From: a bacterium
GTDB taxonomy: Bacteria > Patescibacteriota > Minisyncoccia > 2-02-FULL-40-12 > IGHO2-12-FULL-4
Direction: 5' to 3'
Assembly (NCBI GenBank): GCA_030647955.1
Contig: JAUSIQ010000038.1
Coordinates: 421-64,420 of the forward strand
Length of the DNA: 64,000 nt
Shown: one piece after another, positions 37,035 to 46,862 of the stretch
Layout of the letters: each line of letters begins with the position of its first letter
Numbering within the stretch: the stretch's first letter is position 1
Position numbers and translations under genes: made by a program
The notes under the pieces: model-generated
Databases searched by the model: none
What the model was told of the DNA's origin: nothing
What the model saw: the letters and a program-made list of their open reading frames with translations, nothing else

Positions 37035-40000
37035 ATGAAACAATTTAATTATAAAAAAACTATAGGGGTCGTGGCGATTACAATCGGGCTTTTTGCTTCG
37101 GTTTTTCTTTTCTCTCCGTCCGTTTTAGCCGAAGAAACAGATGCAGCCATAACCGCTGCCTTAGAGGATCTAGGGGCGGCTGTCGGCCAGACGGTGAGCA
37201 GTAAAGATCAGGCCGTGGCAATCTGTGATTCGGAGAAATATTTTGAGATTTGCGCTAAGGTTGGGAGAGAGCATAATTTGTATACATCAGAAGAGGTTAA
37301 GCAGGTAGATACATTCATTACCGAAATCAGAGGAGCGTTGGCCGATCAGTTAAAGAACTGCCAAACTACGGAGTGCCTTTTAGGCGTTGCCAATGAACTA
37401 GCTAAGAAAGTTTCGGCCAAGGATTCTAAATTAGCTGAGAGTTTTGAGCTGACGGCCACCTTCGTAGCTAAAAAGCAGGCCGTCATTTCTGCTGCCAAAG
37501 AGGCAGGAGTAGATTATGATACCTGTCGCAATATGGACCCCGATACCGCCGAGATTAATACCTTGCGCGCTTGCGCCAGGCTAGCTAAGGATAACCGGGT
37601 TAGAGATATCATCCCAGAAGCGGCCAGGGCACAAGCTGAAAAATACGGAGAATACGCCGATAAATCGGTTGAGCTTCGAGTTTCTTTGCAGAGTGGTGAG
37701 TTTCAGTGCGGGGACGGCACCTTAGATGGCTGTGGAGACTTTTGCTTAAATCCCAATGCAACCGACCGTGCACAAGGGGCTTCGGTTATCCCTCCCGTTT
37801 GCCGTCAAATTGCAGAGAAATTCTTTGGTGCTGATGGAGTGAAGCATTTAGAGGATTCCCATAGCCAGGTCAACCAGGTCAAAGACTATCACAAGAAAAA
37901 AGCTGATAACATTATTTTCACCACTCTGGACGGCCGTACTTTAAGTAACCCGGAAGAAATTGGCCGGTACATGGAAGAACAGGGCAGGACGGGAAATGTT
38001 GAAGCGGTGGAGAAAGGCATGGATTTTATGATCAGCAAGGGTTTTGTTAATCCGGAAGAGAAGGAGTTCGTATTGAAATACGTGAAACAAGCCAGAGATC
38101 AGGGCGGTAATATCGATTTTGATAAATGCGCTCAAGATCCTCGATCTTGTCAGCAATTTATTCCCGATGATCAGCGCGGAGAGTTTGAAGCTCAAGTTCA
38201 ACTTCAGGAAAGTCTCCAGCAAGAGCTAGGATTTAACCCCAGGGATTGTAGAAATGCAGTCAACGATCAGGCCTTGGGTCAAAAATGTTGGGAAGCTTCC
38301 AAAAAAGTGCTTCCTCGAATTGAGGCGCTTAGTACGCAAGCCAGCTCTCCGGAATTGCAAAGATTTGTCAGAGAGATTAAACAAAATGTTTCTAGAACCG
38401 ATGATTTTTACCAGCGCAAAGAGGGTTTCCAGCAGGCCTTTCAACAACAGGGAGGTCCGGGGGGGTGCCGTTCCGAACAGGACTGTAGTACTTACTGTTC
38501 CGATTCGGCACACGGTCCAGAATGTATTGCTTTTGGGGCCAAGCAGGGCGTAGCTGGTTTTCGAGGAGAGGAAGCCGTAGATAAGTACCAGCAATATAAT
38601 AATACATTGCAGAGACCGCAGTATGGGAATCAGGGCTATCCTTTGCCTTTGCCGGGAGTGTTTCCGGGGCAAGGCAATCAGCAGGGTTTTCCTGGACAAG
38701 GCTACCCTGTTCAAGGTGGATTTCCCGGAGGGGGACCGGCTGGACCTAGTCCCGAGTGCTTTGCCGCTATTAAGGCTGGTGACTTTGCTAAAGCCAAGCT
38801 AGCTTGCGAGTCGCATGTTGCTAATCCGGAGCCGATTCGTTCGATCTGTCCTGCGCTATATAGCGTGGAGAGTTGTCCAGTGGGAGAAATCAAAGTAGTC
38901 AGCTACTCTTCTCCAGAATGCGGTGTTTACTACTCTTGCCAAAAAGAATATCGAGGAGAGGTCACGGCGTTGCCTTATCCAAGCTACTCGCCATATCCCA
39001 CTTACAGCTACACTCCCTATCCCACTGGTGGAGATGGCCGTTACTGTCCGCCGCCCAGTTACTGGGATGAATCTATCAGGGGATGTCGCAGTGGAGGATC
39101 TTATTCGCCTTATCCCACTTCTGGCGGTTCTTGGATAAACAAGACCTGGAAGTTTAAAGATGGCTCTTCCCAATCCTCTTCCATCCTTAGCAGAACTGAC
39201 AGTGAGTATGTCAATTATATTACTGGTATTTATAACGACTGTGCCAGTAAGTATTTTAGCGGTTGGAAGTCTGGCAGCGGTGATCAGAGCAATTGGCAGG
39301 AGTTTGGTGTTCCGACTTGTTCAACGACGCCTTCTCAACAACCAACGTATTCACCCTGGCCGAGTAGCTCCTACTCTCCTTATCCGACCTCAACTGGTAC
39401 TGGCGGATTGTACAGCTGTTTCTACCCGAATGCCTCCAGGAGTGGCCAACCAACTGGCTATACAGTTTGGTGCGAGAAAGATTACTTCAATTGTCATGAG
39501 GGAAGTAAAACCGGTTCTTCTATCAGCTTGGACGGTCTCTCCCTCGGCGCTCCTAGCAGTTGTGAAGGAGGATGGCAAACGTCACCTTATCCAACCACTA
39601 GCTATACGCCGTACCCAAGCGGTACGCCCACTAGCAGTGGTAGTTGCCCGAGCGGAGCGCACACCATGTATGTTAATGGTGCTGGCGGATATTGCATGTC
39701 TGATGCCGACACATCCAAGTGTGGACCGCTTAATTCTTCTAGTACAGGTTCCTTTGGATCCTGCTCGACATATCAAGGTAGCACCAATACGCCAACTAAT
39801 GATTACGGTTCTTGCGGTACTGCCACCAGCCAATCATCCTGCACGGCCATTTCCAACTGCTATTGGTATTCTGGCACCAACCCATACTGTTACTACAGTT
39901 CAACCCCGCCAGCGTCTACCTATACTCCGTACCCGACTACTTCAGGAGGATCTTGCGTTTCCGGTTCGCACAGCATGGGTAGTTACTGTATGTCCGATGC

Positions 40001-40481
40001 GGACGGTACTAAATGTGGCGCATTTGGTAGTAGTGTGAGCAGTTTTGGATCATGCAATACATATCAGACATCGACTTCTCCATATCCAACCACTTCTTAT
40101 ACCTACACTCCCTACCCCACCTGTTCGTCCGGCCAGTGGTGGGATTCATCCACGAGTTCTTGTAAAACCACCACTACCTCCGATACTCCCGCTCCAACCA
40201 CTGATCCAGCTACGAGTTGTGCCTCCACCGGCGGCAGTTGGGATGGTTCAAGCTGTGTTTATCCGACTGCCACCCCAGCCACTCCGGAACCCACTCCGGA
40301 ACCCACTCCTCCAACCTCCGGATTTTCTCCCCAGCACCAGATGGCTATGGCGAATACGATCATGGCTTGTGCTGATTCCGGAGGAACTTGGAATGCGAGT
40401 AATAGCTCCTGCAGTTCGTCCAGTTTTGCGAAGTCATTCTTTGGCAATATCATAAAGATATTCTCACGGTTTTTACAGTAA
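37035..40481 (+). CDS. Giant secreted Cys-rich protein with S/T-P-Y-P-T repeats and duplicated Cys modules
   Basis: Signal peptide. Charged, helical N-terminal half; G/P/Q-rich linker. C-terminal half has repeated YSPYPT / TPYPT motifs, and the module SC.SG.H.M..YCMSDAD..KCG....S....SFGSC.TYQ.S occurs twice. Confidence 0.55.
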   Translation: MKQFNYKKTIGVVAITIGLFASVFLFSPSVLAEETDAAITAALEDLGAAVGQTVSSKDQAVAICDSEKYFEICAKVGREHNLYTSEEVKQVDTFITEIRGALADQLKNCQTTECLLGVANELAKKVSAKDSKLAESFELTATFVAKKQAVISAAKEAGVDYDTCRNMDPDTAEINTLRACARLAKDNRVRDIIPEAARAQAEKYGEYADKSVELRVSLQSGEFQCGDGTLDGCGDFCLNPNATDRAQGASVIPPVCRQIAEKFFGADGVKHLEDSHSQVNQVKDYHKKKADNIIFTTLDGRTLSNPEEIGRYMEEQGRTGNVEAVEKGMDFMISKGFVNPEEKEFVLKYVKQARDQGGNIDFDKCAQDPRSCQQFIPDDQRGEFEAQVQLQESLQQELGFNPRDCRNAVNDQALGQKCWEASKKVLPRIEALSTQASSPELQRFVREIKQNVSRTDDFYQRKEGFQQAFQQQGGPGGCRSEQDCSTYCSDSAHGPECIAFGAKQGVAGFRGEEAVDKYQQYNNTLQRPQYGNQGYPLPLPGVFPGQGNQQGFPGQGYPVQGGFPGGGPAGPSPECFAAIKAGDFAKAKLACESHVANPEPIRSICPALYSVESCPVGEIKVVSYSSPECGVYYSCQKEYRGEVTALPYPSYSPYPTYSYTPYPTGGDGRYCPPPSYWDESIRGCRSGGSYSPYPTSGGSWINKTWKFKDGSSQSSSILSRTDSEYVNYITGIYNDCASKYFSGWKSGSGDQSNWQEFGVPTCSTTPSQQPTYSPWPSSSYSPYPTSTGTGGLYSCFYPNASRSGQPTGYTVWCEKDYFNCHEGSKTGSSISLDGLSLGAPSSCEGGWQTSPYPTTSYTPYPSGTPTSSGSCPSGAHTMYVNGAGGYCMSDADTSKCGPLNSSSTGSFGSCSTYQGSTNTPTNDYGSCGTATSQSSCTAISNCYWYSGTNPYCYYSSTPPASTYTPYPTTSGGSCVSGSHSMGSYCMSDADGTKCGAFGSSVSSFGSCNTYQTSTSPYPTTSYTYTPYPTCSSGQWWDSSTSSCKTTTTSDTPAPTTDPATSCASTGGSWDGSSCVYPTATPATPEPTPEPTPPTSGFSPQHQMAMANTIMACADSGGTWNASNSSCSSSSFAKSFFGNIIKIFSRFLQ

Positions 40482-40492
40482 ACTGCCAAGCT

Positions 40493-40526
40493 AACCTAAA
40501 GCCACCCCGCGGGGTGGTTTTAGGTT
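40493..40526 (+). terminator. Long hairpin terminator
   Basis: AACCTAAAGCCACCCC-gc-GGGGTGGTTTTAGGTT. Confidence 0.5.
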
Positions 40527-40581
40527 GACAGCTCGTGAGAGTTCTTATTACATTAGTCCAGAGAAAGATCGGAGGTGTTCT

Positions 40582-41202
40582 TTGAAAAACGAATCTTATC
40601 CGTTTATTTTTTTCTGGGAACTTTGTCTGGTTCTATTGGGCTGGTGCTTTCTGAACTTTCGCCTAATGGATTATCTGGTGAAATTTTCAGGATCGTATAT
40701 TCTTGTTTCCGCGCTGCTGTCCTCAAGTATCATTGTCTGGCTCATGAGAAGTAAAGATTATCGTCCGAAGTTATTAGTGCTAGATCGAGAATATCTTCCG
40801 TATCTTGCCATTTGTGTGGTGGTGGCGCTGATTCTTATCCCGACAGGGTTTATGGTGGGAATTATTACTTTGAATCTAAACTGGTTTAGAATTCTAGCTA
40901 TACCGGCGGCGTTCATTGGCGTTTACCTTAGTATTGGACTGGTGGAAGAATTAGTGTTCCGTCAGGTGATGTTGGTGTTTCTTGAACAGCGTTGGGGTGC
41001 GGCTTTGGCCTTGGGAGGTAGCTCTTTGCTTTTTGGGCTTTCCCATATTGTACGCGGCGCCTTTCCCAATTGGTCCTATGTCTTATTAGCAACTTTGGCT
41101 GGCTTACTCTATGGAGCAATTTTCCGACGAGCGGGTTTGGGTTATGCCATCTTGCTGCACTCTATCGTCGATGTTATTAAGTATGCTTTTTTATCCCGTT
41201 AG
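40582..41202 (+). CDS. CPBP family intramembrane metalloprotease (CAAX protease/Abi-like)
   Basis: EELVFRQ motif, FGLSH motif, HSIVD motif. The likely start is the TTG at 40582, with a GGAGGTG SD. The ORF track's 40525 start lies within the terminator tail. Confidence 0.6.
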   Translation: MKNESYPFIFFWELCLVLLGWCFLNFRLMDYLVKFSGSYILVSALLSSSIIVWLMRSKDYRPKLLVLDREYLPYLAICVVVALILIPTGFMVGIITLNLNWFRILAIPAAFIGVYLSIGLVEELVFRQVMLVFLEQRWGAALALGGSSLLFGLSHIVRGAFPNWSYVLLATLAGLLYGAIFRRAGLGYAILLHSIVDVIKYAFLSR

Positions 41203-41280
41203 AGAAAAGTCGCCATTGTTTTTTTAATCCAGTAGGAATATCTTTTAGGTAAGGGTCTTTTAAAATAAGGTAGGTGGGAA

Positions 41281-42330
41281 GTGTTAAAAGCTTTGCGTTT
41301 GGCTGGTAAATTAGGAATAGGGAAGTGGAGTCTATTAGTCACATCCGGAGCCTTGGCAGGTTTAGTGGGATGGTATTGGTGGCAGACGGAAGAGGTGAAC
41401 GATCTCTTACCGATTAAGACTAGTCCACCGCGATTTACGGAACAGCTGCGCAAAAAATTTCCGGAAAATAAGATTACCGTAGAAGAGGAAAAGCAGAAAC
41501 CTGACAGTGGTCATCGTAAGTCTCATTTGAAAATTAAATCATTCTACGGAGATGAGCGGGGCAGTATTGAGGCGATCTGGTGGAATAAGTCCAAGAAGGT
41601 GCGCGATAAGGTGTTGGTGATCTTACCGATTACGGGTGATGGTGACCCGGGAAAATTTATTGCGCGGTATTTTTCGGTGGCCGAAGGATTTGATGTGGTG
41701 CAAATTCTCGGAGCGAGTCGCAAAGGGTTTCTGGATTATCAAGAATTTCAGTCTGCTTCGCACTTATTGCGAGTAAAAAATGTGGTCCGGGATGTGGATT
41801 ACTTTATGCAATTGCGCGTCAGTAACTATTTGCAGACTATTGCTTGGTTAAAAGAAGAAAAAGGCTATCGAGATGTTTATGTGCTTGGGATTAGTCTGGG
41901 AGCAATTGAAGGGAGCTTAGTGGCTTTGGATGTGAATGTTCGGGCGGCCGTGCTGGTGATGGGAGGAGGAGACCTGGCCGAAATCGTCATGACTTCTAAA
42001 GAGTCGTTTGTGATTCGGTGGCGTCTGGCTCTGATCGAAAGTCTCAAGAAAGTTCTGGGGAGACCTTTGCAGAAAGATGAGGCTTTGCAATTTTTGAGGG
42101 ATAATTTTAGCGAAGCCGATCCGTTACGTTATGTGGGCGAAGTTAATCCCAAGAAGATCTTAATGATTTCGGCCAAGTATGATGAAACTATTCCGTGGAA
42201 AAATGGCCTGAAGCTTTGGCGAGAGGCCAATCAGCCTCGACTGATTGTTTTTTCGACCACGCATCACGGGATTGCCACTTACGGTCCGGCCATCCTTTAT
42301 CACGTCGGACGATTCTTTTCAGCGGCTTAG
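41281..42330 (+). CDS. Alpha/beta-hydrolase fold protein with N-terminal TM anchor
   Basis: Nucleophile elbow VYVLGISLGAIEG (GxSxG). Confidence 0.5.
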   Translation: MLKALRLAGKLGIGKWSLLVTSGALAGLVGWYWWQTEEVNDLLPIKTSPPRFTEQLRKKFPENKITVEEEKQKPDSGHRKSHLKIKSFYGDERGSIEAIWWNKSKKVRDKVLVILPITGDGDPGKFIARYFSVAEGFDVVQILGASRKGFLDYQEFQSASHLLRVKNVVRDVDYFMQLRVSNYLQTIAWLKEEKGYRDVYVLGISLGAIEGSLVALDVNVRAAVLVMGGGDLAEIVMTSKESFVIRWRLALIESLKKVLGRPLQKDEALQFLRDNFSEADPLRYVGEVNPKKILMISAKYDETIPWKNGLKLWREANQPRLIVFSTTHHGIATYGPAILYHVGRFFSAA

Positions 42331-42372
42331 GCCGCTTTTTGTTTAACTTCGTGCTCAAGGTATAATGAAAGT

Positions 42373-43530
42373 ATGCAAAAGCTGGAATTTCCAAAGGGGT
42401 TTTTATGGGGGAGTGCGACAGCTTCGTATCAGATCGAAGGCTGGATTGATAACAACGATTGGGCCTTGGAGGCAAGGAATGGGCGAGTGCCGGATGCCGG
42501 ACAGGCTACCAATCATCGCCAGCTCTACGAGTCCGATCTTCATCTATTAAGCGAGCTTAAACAAAACGCTTATCGTTTTTCAATCGAGTGGGCGCGCATC
42601 GAACCCGAGGAGGGAAAATTTGATCAGCAGGCCATTGGCTTTTACCGTAATTTAATTGTTCAGCTGAAGAGTAGGGGAATCACTCCCTTTGTGACGCTCT
42701 GGCATTTCACTTTGCCGGAGTGGTTTTATAAAATGGGAGGCTTTCAAAATAAAAAAGCCATTTTTTATTTTTCTCGCTACGTAAAATATGTGTGGGATGA
42801 ATTGGCGGTGCGTGATCCGAGTGATAATAAGGCAGGGGAGAGGGCCGAGTATTGGATGTCGATCAACGAGCCGATGGTTTATGTCGCCGAAGGCTATTTA
42901 GAAGGAACTTGGCCGCCATTTAAGAAAAATATTTTCAATGTTTCGCAACTTACTAAAACTTTAATATCCTCTCACCTGACATTGTGCGACATAAAGCGGA
43001 AAGAATTCCCGAGCATCAAGCTCGGCATTGCTAAGAATAATTGTTATTACCAAGCTAATCCCGTCATGAAGTACTTTCACAATACCTACTTCCTTAATCG
43101 CATCGCTTCTTCCCTCGACTTTATCGGTCTCAATTATTACTTTCCACATCTCTGGCCAAAAAATCCGCATAAAAATGTTTCGGACATGGGTTGGGAGATC
43201 TACCCCGAAGGCATTTATCACGTGCTGAAGGATTTAAAGAGGTATGGGTTGCCGGTTTATATCACCGAAAATGGTTTAGCGGATGCGGATGATTCTCGTC
43301 GAGAGCAATACATTAAGAGGCATCTTCTTTGGGCTCACCGGGCCATGCAAGAAGGCGTTGATCTGCGGGGATATTTCTACTGGTCGCTGCTTGATAACTT
43401 TGAGTGGGTGCACGGATTCAAAGAACGGTTTGGATTAGTGGAGGTGGATTACAAGACTTTTGCCAGAAAAATTCGTCCTTCCGCGCTGGAGTATGCTAAA
43501 ATATGTGAAGAGAATACCTTAACTTTATAG
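42373..43530 (+). CDS. Glycoside hydrolase family 1 (beta-glucosidase-like)
   Basis: FLWGSATASYQIEGW, YRFSIEWARIEP, NEP acid/base in INEPMVY, nucleophile motif YITENG, YFYWSLLDNFEW. Confidence 0.8.
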   Translation: MQKLEFPKGFLWGSATASYQIEGWIDNNDWALEARNGRVPDAGQATNHRQLYESDLHLLSELKQNAYRFSIEWARIEPEEGKFDQQAIGFYRNLIVQLKSRGITPFVTLWHFTLPEWFYKMGGFQNKKAIFYFSRYVKYVWDELAVRDPSDNKAGERAEYWMSINEPMVYVAEGYLEGTWPPFKKNIFNVSQLTKTLISSHLTLCDIKRKEFPSIKLGIAKNNCYYQANPVMKYFHNTYFLNRIASSLDFIGLNYYFPHLWPKNPHKNVSDMGWEIYPEGIYHVLKDLKRYGLPVYITENGLADADDSRREQYIKRHLLWAHRAMQEGVDLRGYFYWSLLDNFEWVHGFKERFGLVEVDYKTFARKIRPSALEYAKICEENTLTL

Positions 43531-43564
43531 ACTTTATAACTTGATGAACTTTTAACTCGTTCGT

Positions 43565-44452
43565 ATGTCCTGGATCTATTTAGTACTCGTCGCCCAAATC
43601 ATCAATGCCGGCGTTTTTTTGACCGATAAATATCTGGTCGGTCCGCATGCTAAAATTCGTCCCCTGGCCTACACCTTTTACGTGGGGATTATGTCGGCGG
43701 TAGTGGTGTGGACTTTGCCTTTTGGAGTAGTAGGCTGGCCGACGCCGATGATTTTGCTTTTGTCTTTGGCTACCGGCGTGACTTACGTGGCTTCCCTTTT
43801 GCTTTTATATCGCGCATTACAGATGGCGGAGGTTTCGGATGTCGCTCCAGTCATGGGAGCGGTGTCCGCTTTGAGCACGTTGTTTTTTAGCGGGATTATT
43901 CTGCGCGAACATCTTACCGAAAACTTTATGTTTGGTTTTGCTCTTTTGGTGCTAGGCACGGGGCTGATGTCCTATTTTCGATTTAAGAAGCATTCCCTAC
44001 TCAATGTTTTGGGGGCAGGGGCGTTGTTCGGATTATCTTCGGTACTGATCAAGTTAATATTTTCACAAACTGAATTTTGGAATGGTTTTTTCTGGTCGCG
44101 CATGGCCAATGTCTTAATCGTACTGTGTTTTCTGTTATGGCCCGCTTGGTATAAGGCAATTCGGGGAAACTTCAAAAACTCTCCTCATCACACCAAAGTT
44201 CTGGTCGTGGGTAATAAGGTTTTTGCCGGCCTCGCCTTTTTATTGATTCTGGCGGCGATTAATTTGGGGGAGGTGGCGGTGGTCAATGCTTTGGGAGGAT
44301 TGCAGTTTGTAATTTTGATTATCGCCGCTTTAATTTTTCATCGCCAGTTTCCGCTTTATTTTTCTGAATCAGTACATTTGAAAAATGCTTTATTGCAGAA
44401 AGTAGTGGCCACCGCGCTAATTGTTTTTGGCTACTTTATTTTGTTTCTATGA
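43565..44452 (+). CDS. Polytopic membrane protein (about 10 TM, possibly DMT/EamA-like)
   Basis: Hydrophobicity pattern. Sits between two glycoside hydrolase genes. Confidence 0.35.
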   Translation: MSWIYLVLVAQIINAGVFLTDKYLVGPHAKIRPLAYTFYVGIMSAVVVWTLPFGVVGWPTPMILLLSLATGVTYVASLLLLYRALQMAEVSDVAPVMGAVSALSTLFFSGIILREHLTENFMFGFALLVLGTGLMSYFRFKKHSLLNVLGAGALFGLSSVLIKLIFSQTEFWNGFFWSRMANVLIVLCFLLWPAWYKAIRGNFKNSPHHTKVLVVGNKVFAGLAFLLILAAINLGEVAVVNALGGLQFVILIIAALIFHRQFPLYFSESVHLKNALLQKVVATALIVFGYFILFL

Positions 44453-45447
44453 AGAAGGCCTCCAAAAGATTTCACCCTTGGCTTATTGGTCTACTGATAA
44501 TTATTGTCATTGGTTACGTTTTATCTTTACGAGATATTCCTACAAAGATTACCTATGGCGTATCGTTTAGCAAGTTTCACTCCGATGAATTGCAATTAGA
44601 CTGGAAAGAGGTCTATAACGCCCTACTGAATGATTTGAAGGTTAAACATTTTCGTTTCTCGGCGCATTGGCCGAATACGGAACCGACCGAAGGAGAGTAT
44701 AATTTTTCAGAATTAGATTATCAGATTAAAGGAGCGGAAAAGCGCGGAGCGGATTTTATCCTCGCCGTGGGACGGCGATTGCCCGGTTGGCCGGAATGTC
44801 ACGAACCGGAATGGGCCCAAGACCTGCCTCTCAAGGAGAAGCAAGAGAAGATTTTAAAATACATCGAGACCGTCGTGAATCGATACAAAGATTCACCGTC
44901 GATCGTCTATTGGCAAGTGGAAAATGAACCGTTCCTTGCTTTCTTTAGTCGCTCGCATTGCGGTGCATTAGACAAGGAATTTTTGGACAAAGAAATTGAG
45001 CTGGTCAAAAAACTTGACCCTAGTCGCTCCGTTTTAATTACCGATAGCGGTGAGTTTGGGTACTGGTGGCCGGCTTACCGTCGCGGAGATGTATTTGGAA
45101 CCAGTCTTTATCTTTATATTTGGAACAGGAAAATCGGACCGTTTCGTTATCCGATCACTCCCGCTTTCTTTCGCATCAAGCAAAGCATTACGGAGCTTGT
45201 TTGGGGAAAGAAACAGACGATGATTGTGGAGCTTTCCGCTGAACCGTGGTTGTTGCAACCGATTATCAGTGCCCCGGTACCCACCCTCTTAGAAAGAATG
45301 GGGCCGGAAAAATTTAATGAGATGATCGAGTTTGCCAGTAAGACCGGTTTTGATCGACAGTATCTCTGGGGTGCCGAATGGTGGTATTGGATGAAAAAAA
45401 TCGGCTATCCCGAGCATTGGGAAAGAGCTCAAGAACTCTTCCGCTAA
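44449..45447 (+). CDS. Membrane-anchored clan GH-A glycoside hydrolase (GH5-like)
   Basis: N-terminal TM, then a TIM barrel with WQVENEP (NEP acid/base motif). Confidence 0.5.
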   Translation: MKKASKRFHPWLIGLLIIIVIGYVLSLRDIPTKITYGVSFSKFHSDELQLDWKEVYNALLNDLKVKHFRFSAHWPNTEPTEGEYNFSELDYQIKGAEKRGADFILAVGRRLPGWPECHEPEWAQDLPLKEKQEKILKYIETVVNRYKDSPSIVYWQVENEPFLAFFSRSHCGALDKEFLDKEIELVKKLDPSRSVLITDSGEFGYWWPAYRRGDVFGTSLYLYIWNRKIGPFRYPITPAFFRIKQSITELVWGKKQTMIVELSAEPWLLQPIISAPVPTLLERMGPEKFNEMIEFASKTGFDRQYLWGAEWWYWMKKIGYPEHWERAQELFR

Positions 45448-45494
45448 AGACTTGCTACTTGATATTAGCCACAATTTGGCTAGAATAATCCACG

Positions 45495-46226
45495 ATGAAG
45501 AGATTTCTATACACTTTAATCGTGGGAGGCGTGGGGGGCGCCATTTTTTTGTTTTTAGCCGTCGGGGTACTCTATCGCTCCGATCGACTTGGCTTTGCGA
45601 ACTTGATTGATGCTTGGCTTCCGCCCCGGACGATTATTCGAGAAGTAAAGCAGGAGATCGTGACTTCCCCCGATTCGGATCAAAACATCTCGCAAATTGC
45701 CAAAAAATTTCAAGAAAGTACCGCGATGATTCAAAGTTATCAGGACGGCAAGTTAATACGTTTTGGTAGTGGCTTGGTGATGACCCAAGATGGGTTGATT
45801 ATTACCATAGAAAAAGTAGTGCCAGTGGGAGCGCAAAGCTACCAAGTTTTGGTCAATGGAAAAGTTTTTAATGCCGCAGTGGTTAAAAGGGATGCCAAGA
45901 ATAACTTGGCCTTATTGAAAGTGGATAGTAATGGCCTTAAACCGGCCACCTTTGATGATAAAAATCCTGATCCGGGTGCTACGCTCTATGTTTTTGGTAG
46001 GATCGCTTCGCTGACTGATTCGGAAAATTTTGTCCACAAAGTTTTTGTGAATCGTTTAGCGCAGGAGAAGGTATTTTTGGATGGAAGATACGAAGAATAC
46101 TTAAGCGGGGCAGGTTTGGGCAATCAGAAGGGGACCTTTCATGGTTTGGTATATGTTGACGGGCAGAGAATAATAGCGCTACAATCATCTTTCCTTGAAG
46201 ATTTTACTAATAATTACTTAAAGTAG
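45495..46226 (+). CDS. Degenerate HtrA/DegP-like trypsin-fold protein (catalytic triad not conserved)
   Basis: RFGSGLVMTQDGLIITIEKVV...NLALLKVDS...ATLYVFG aligns with the DegP N-terminal half. His is replaced by E/K and Asp by N, and the Ser region is absent. Confidence 0.45.
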   Translation: MKRFLYTLIVGGVGGAIFLFLAVGVLYRSDRLGFANLIDAWLPPRTIIREVKQEIVTSPDSDQNISQIAKKFQESTAMIQSYQDGKLIRFGSGLVMTQDGLIITIEKVVPVGAQSYQVLVNGKVFNAAVVKRDAKNNLALLKVDSNGLKPATFDDKNPDPGATLYVFGRIASLTDSENFVHKVFVNRLAQEKVFLDGRYEEYLSGAGLGNQKGTFHGLVYVDGQRIIALQSSFLEDFTNNYLK

Positions 46227-46235
46227 AGGATAACA

Positions 46236-46832
46236 GTGATGAGAAAGGAATTCTTTTCTGCCCTACATGCTCTAGTTGGTCTGTCTTTTGCATTACAGGA
46301 TCAATACCTGGTTTCTAAACTTAAAACCAAAAGCGAGCAAATCCTGTTCGCTTTTTTGGATCTTGTCCACCCTACCGATGTCGCACAATCTAGAAAAGGA
46401 ACGGTGGAATTGACGCGGTCTTTGACGGAAGTGACTGAACTGATCGATTTAATGGTGCACCTTAAGCTGGTCCCCCTCTCCCCTGCTTTGGACACTAAAA
46501 AACATTTAATGGCTTTGGAGTTAAAAATGTTAAATTCTAATAGCCAACCTGCCAATGTTGAGAAAATTAGTTTTAAAAAGGAGAGTGTCGTGAATACTTC
46601 TCCTGCAAAAACTAAATCTAAGGCGGAAAAAAACGATGCGGAGCCGGAGGAAAGGATTTTAGGGCTCATTAGACAGAGAGGAAAGTGTCAGACGCGGGAA
46701 ATTATCTACGCTTTTAAAAATGAGTTTTCTCCTCGTACAATTCAGCGTTATTTACAGCAACTTATGCAGTCGGGGAAGGTCATTAAAGAGTTAGAAGAGG
46801 GTTATCCGAAATATTCAATCAAGACAATTTAA
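46236..46832 (+). CDS. Hypothetical protein with a C-terminal winged-helix-like region
   Basis: ILGLIRQRGKCQTREIIYAFKNEFSPRTIQRYLQQLMQSGKVIKE resembles a wHTH. Confidence 0.3.
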   Translation: MMRKEFFSALHALVGLSFALQDQYLVSKLKTKSEQILFAFLDLVHPTDVAQSRKGTVELTRSLTEVTELIDLMVHLKLVPLSPALDTKKHLMALELKMLNSNSQPANVEKISFKKESVVNTSPAKTKSKAEKNDAEPEERILGLIRQRGKCQTREIIYAFKNEFSPRTIQRYLQQLMQSGKVIKELEEGYPKYSIKTI

Positions 46833-46862
46833 AGAAAATCCTTTATACTTAATTCATAATCT

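Noticed and set aside
39160-40038. 292-aa ORF (and other long alternative-frame or antisense ORFs such as 38226..38714, 17666..18091, 40045..40455, 48562..48870)
   Set aside because: They lie wholly inside well-supported giant genes in other frames or on the other strand. They have low-complexity, biased composition that mirrors the repeats of the real gene, and no SD, so they are spurious.
39640-40075. The duplicated Cys module in the giant protein as a possible assembly artefact or recent tandem duplication
   Set aside because: The two copies are only about 65% identical at the nucleotide level with many synonymous differences. This is consistent with an old in-frame duplication and not a collapsed or expanded repeat.
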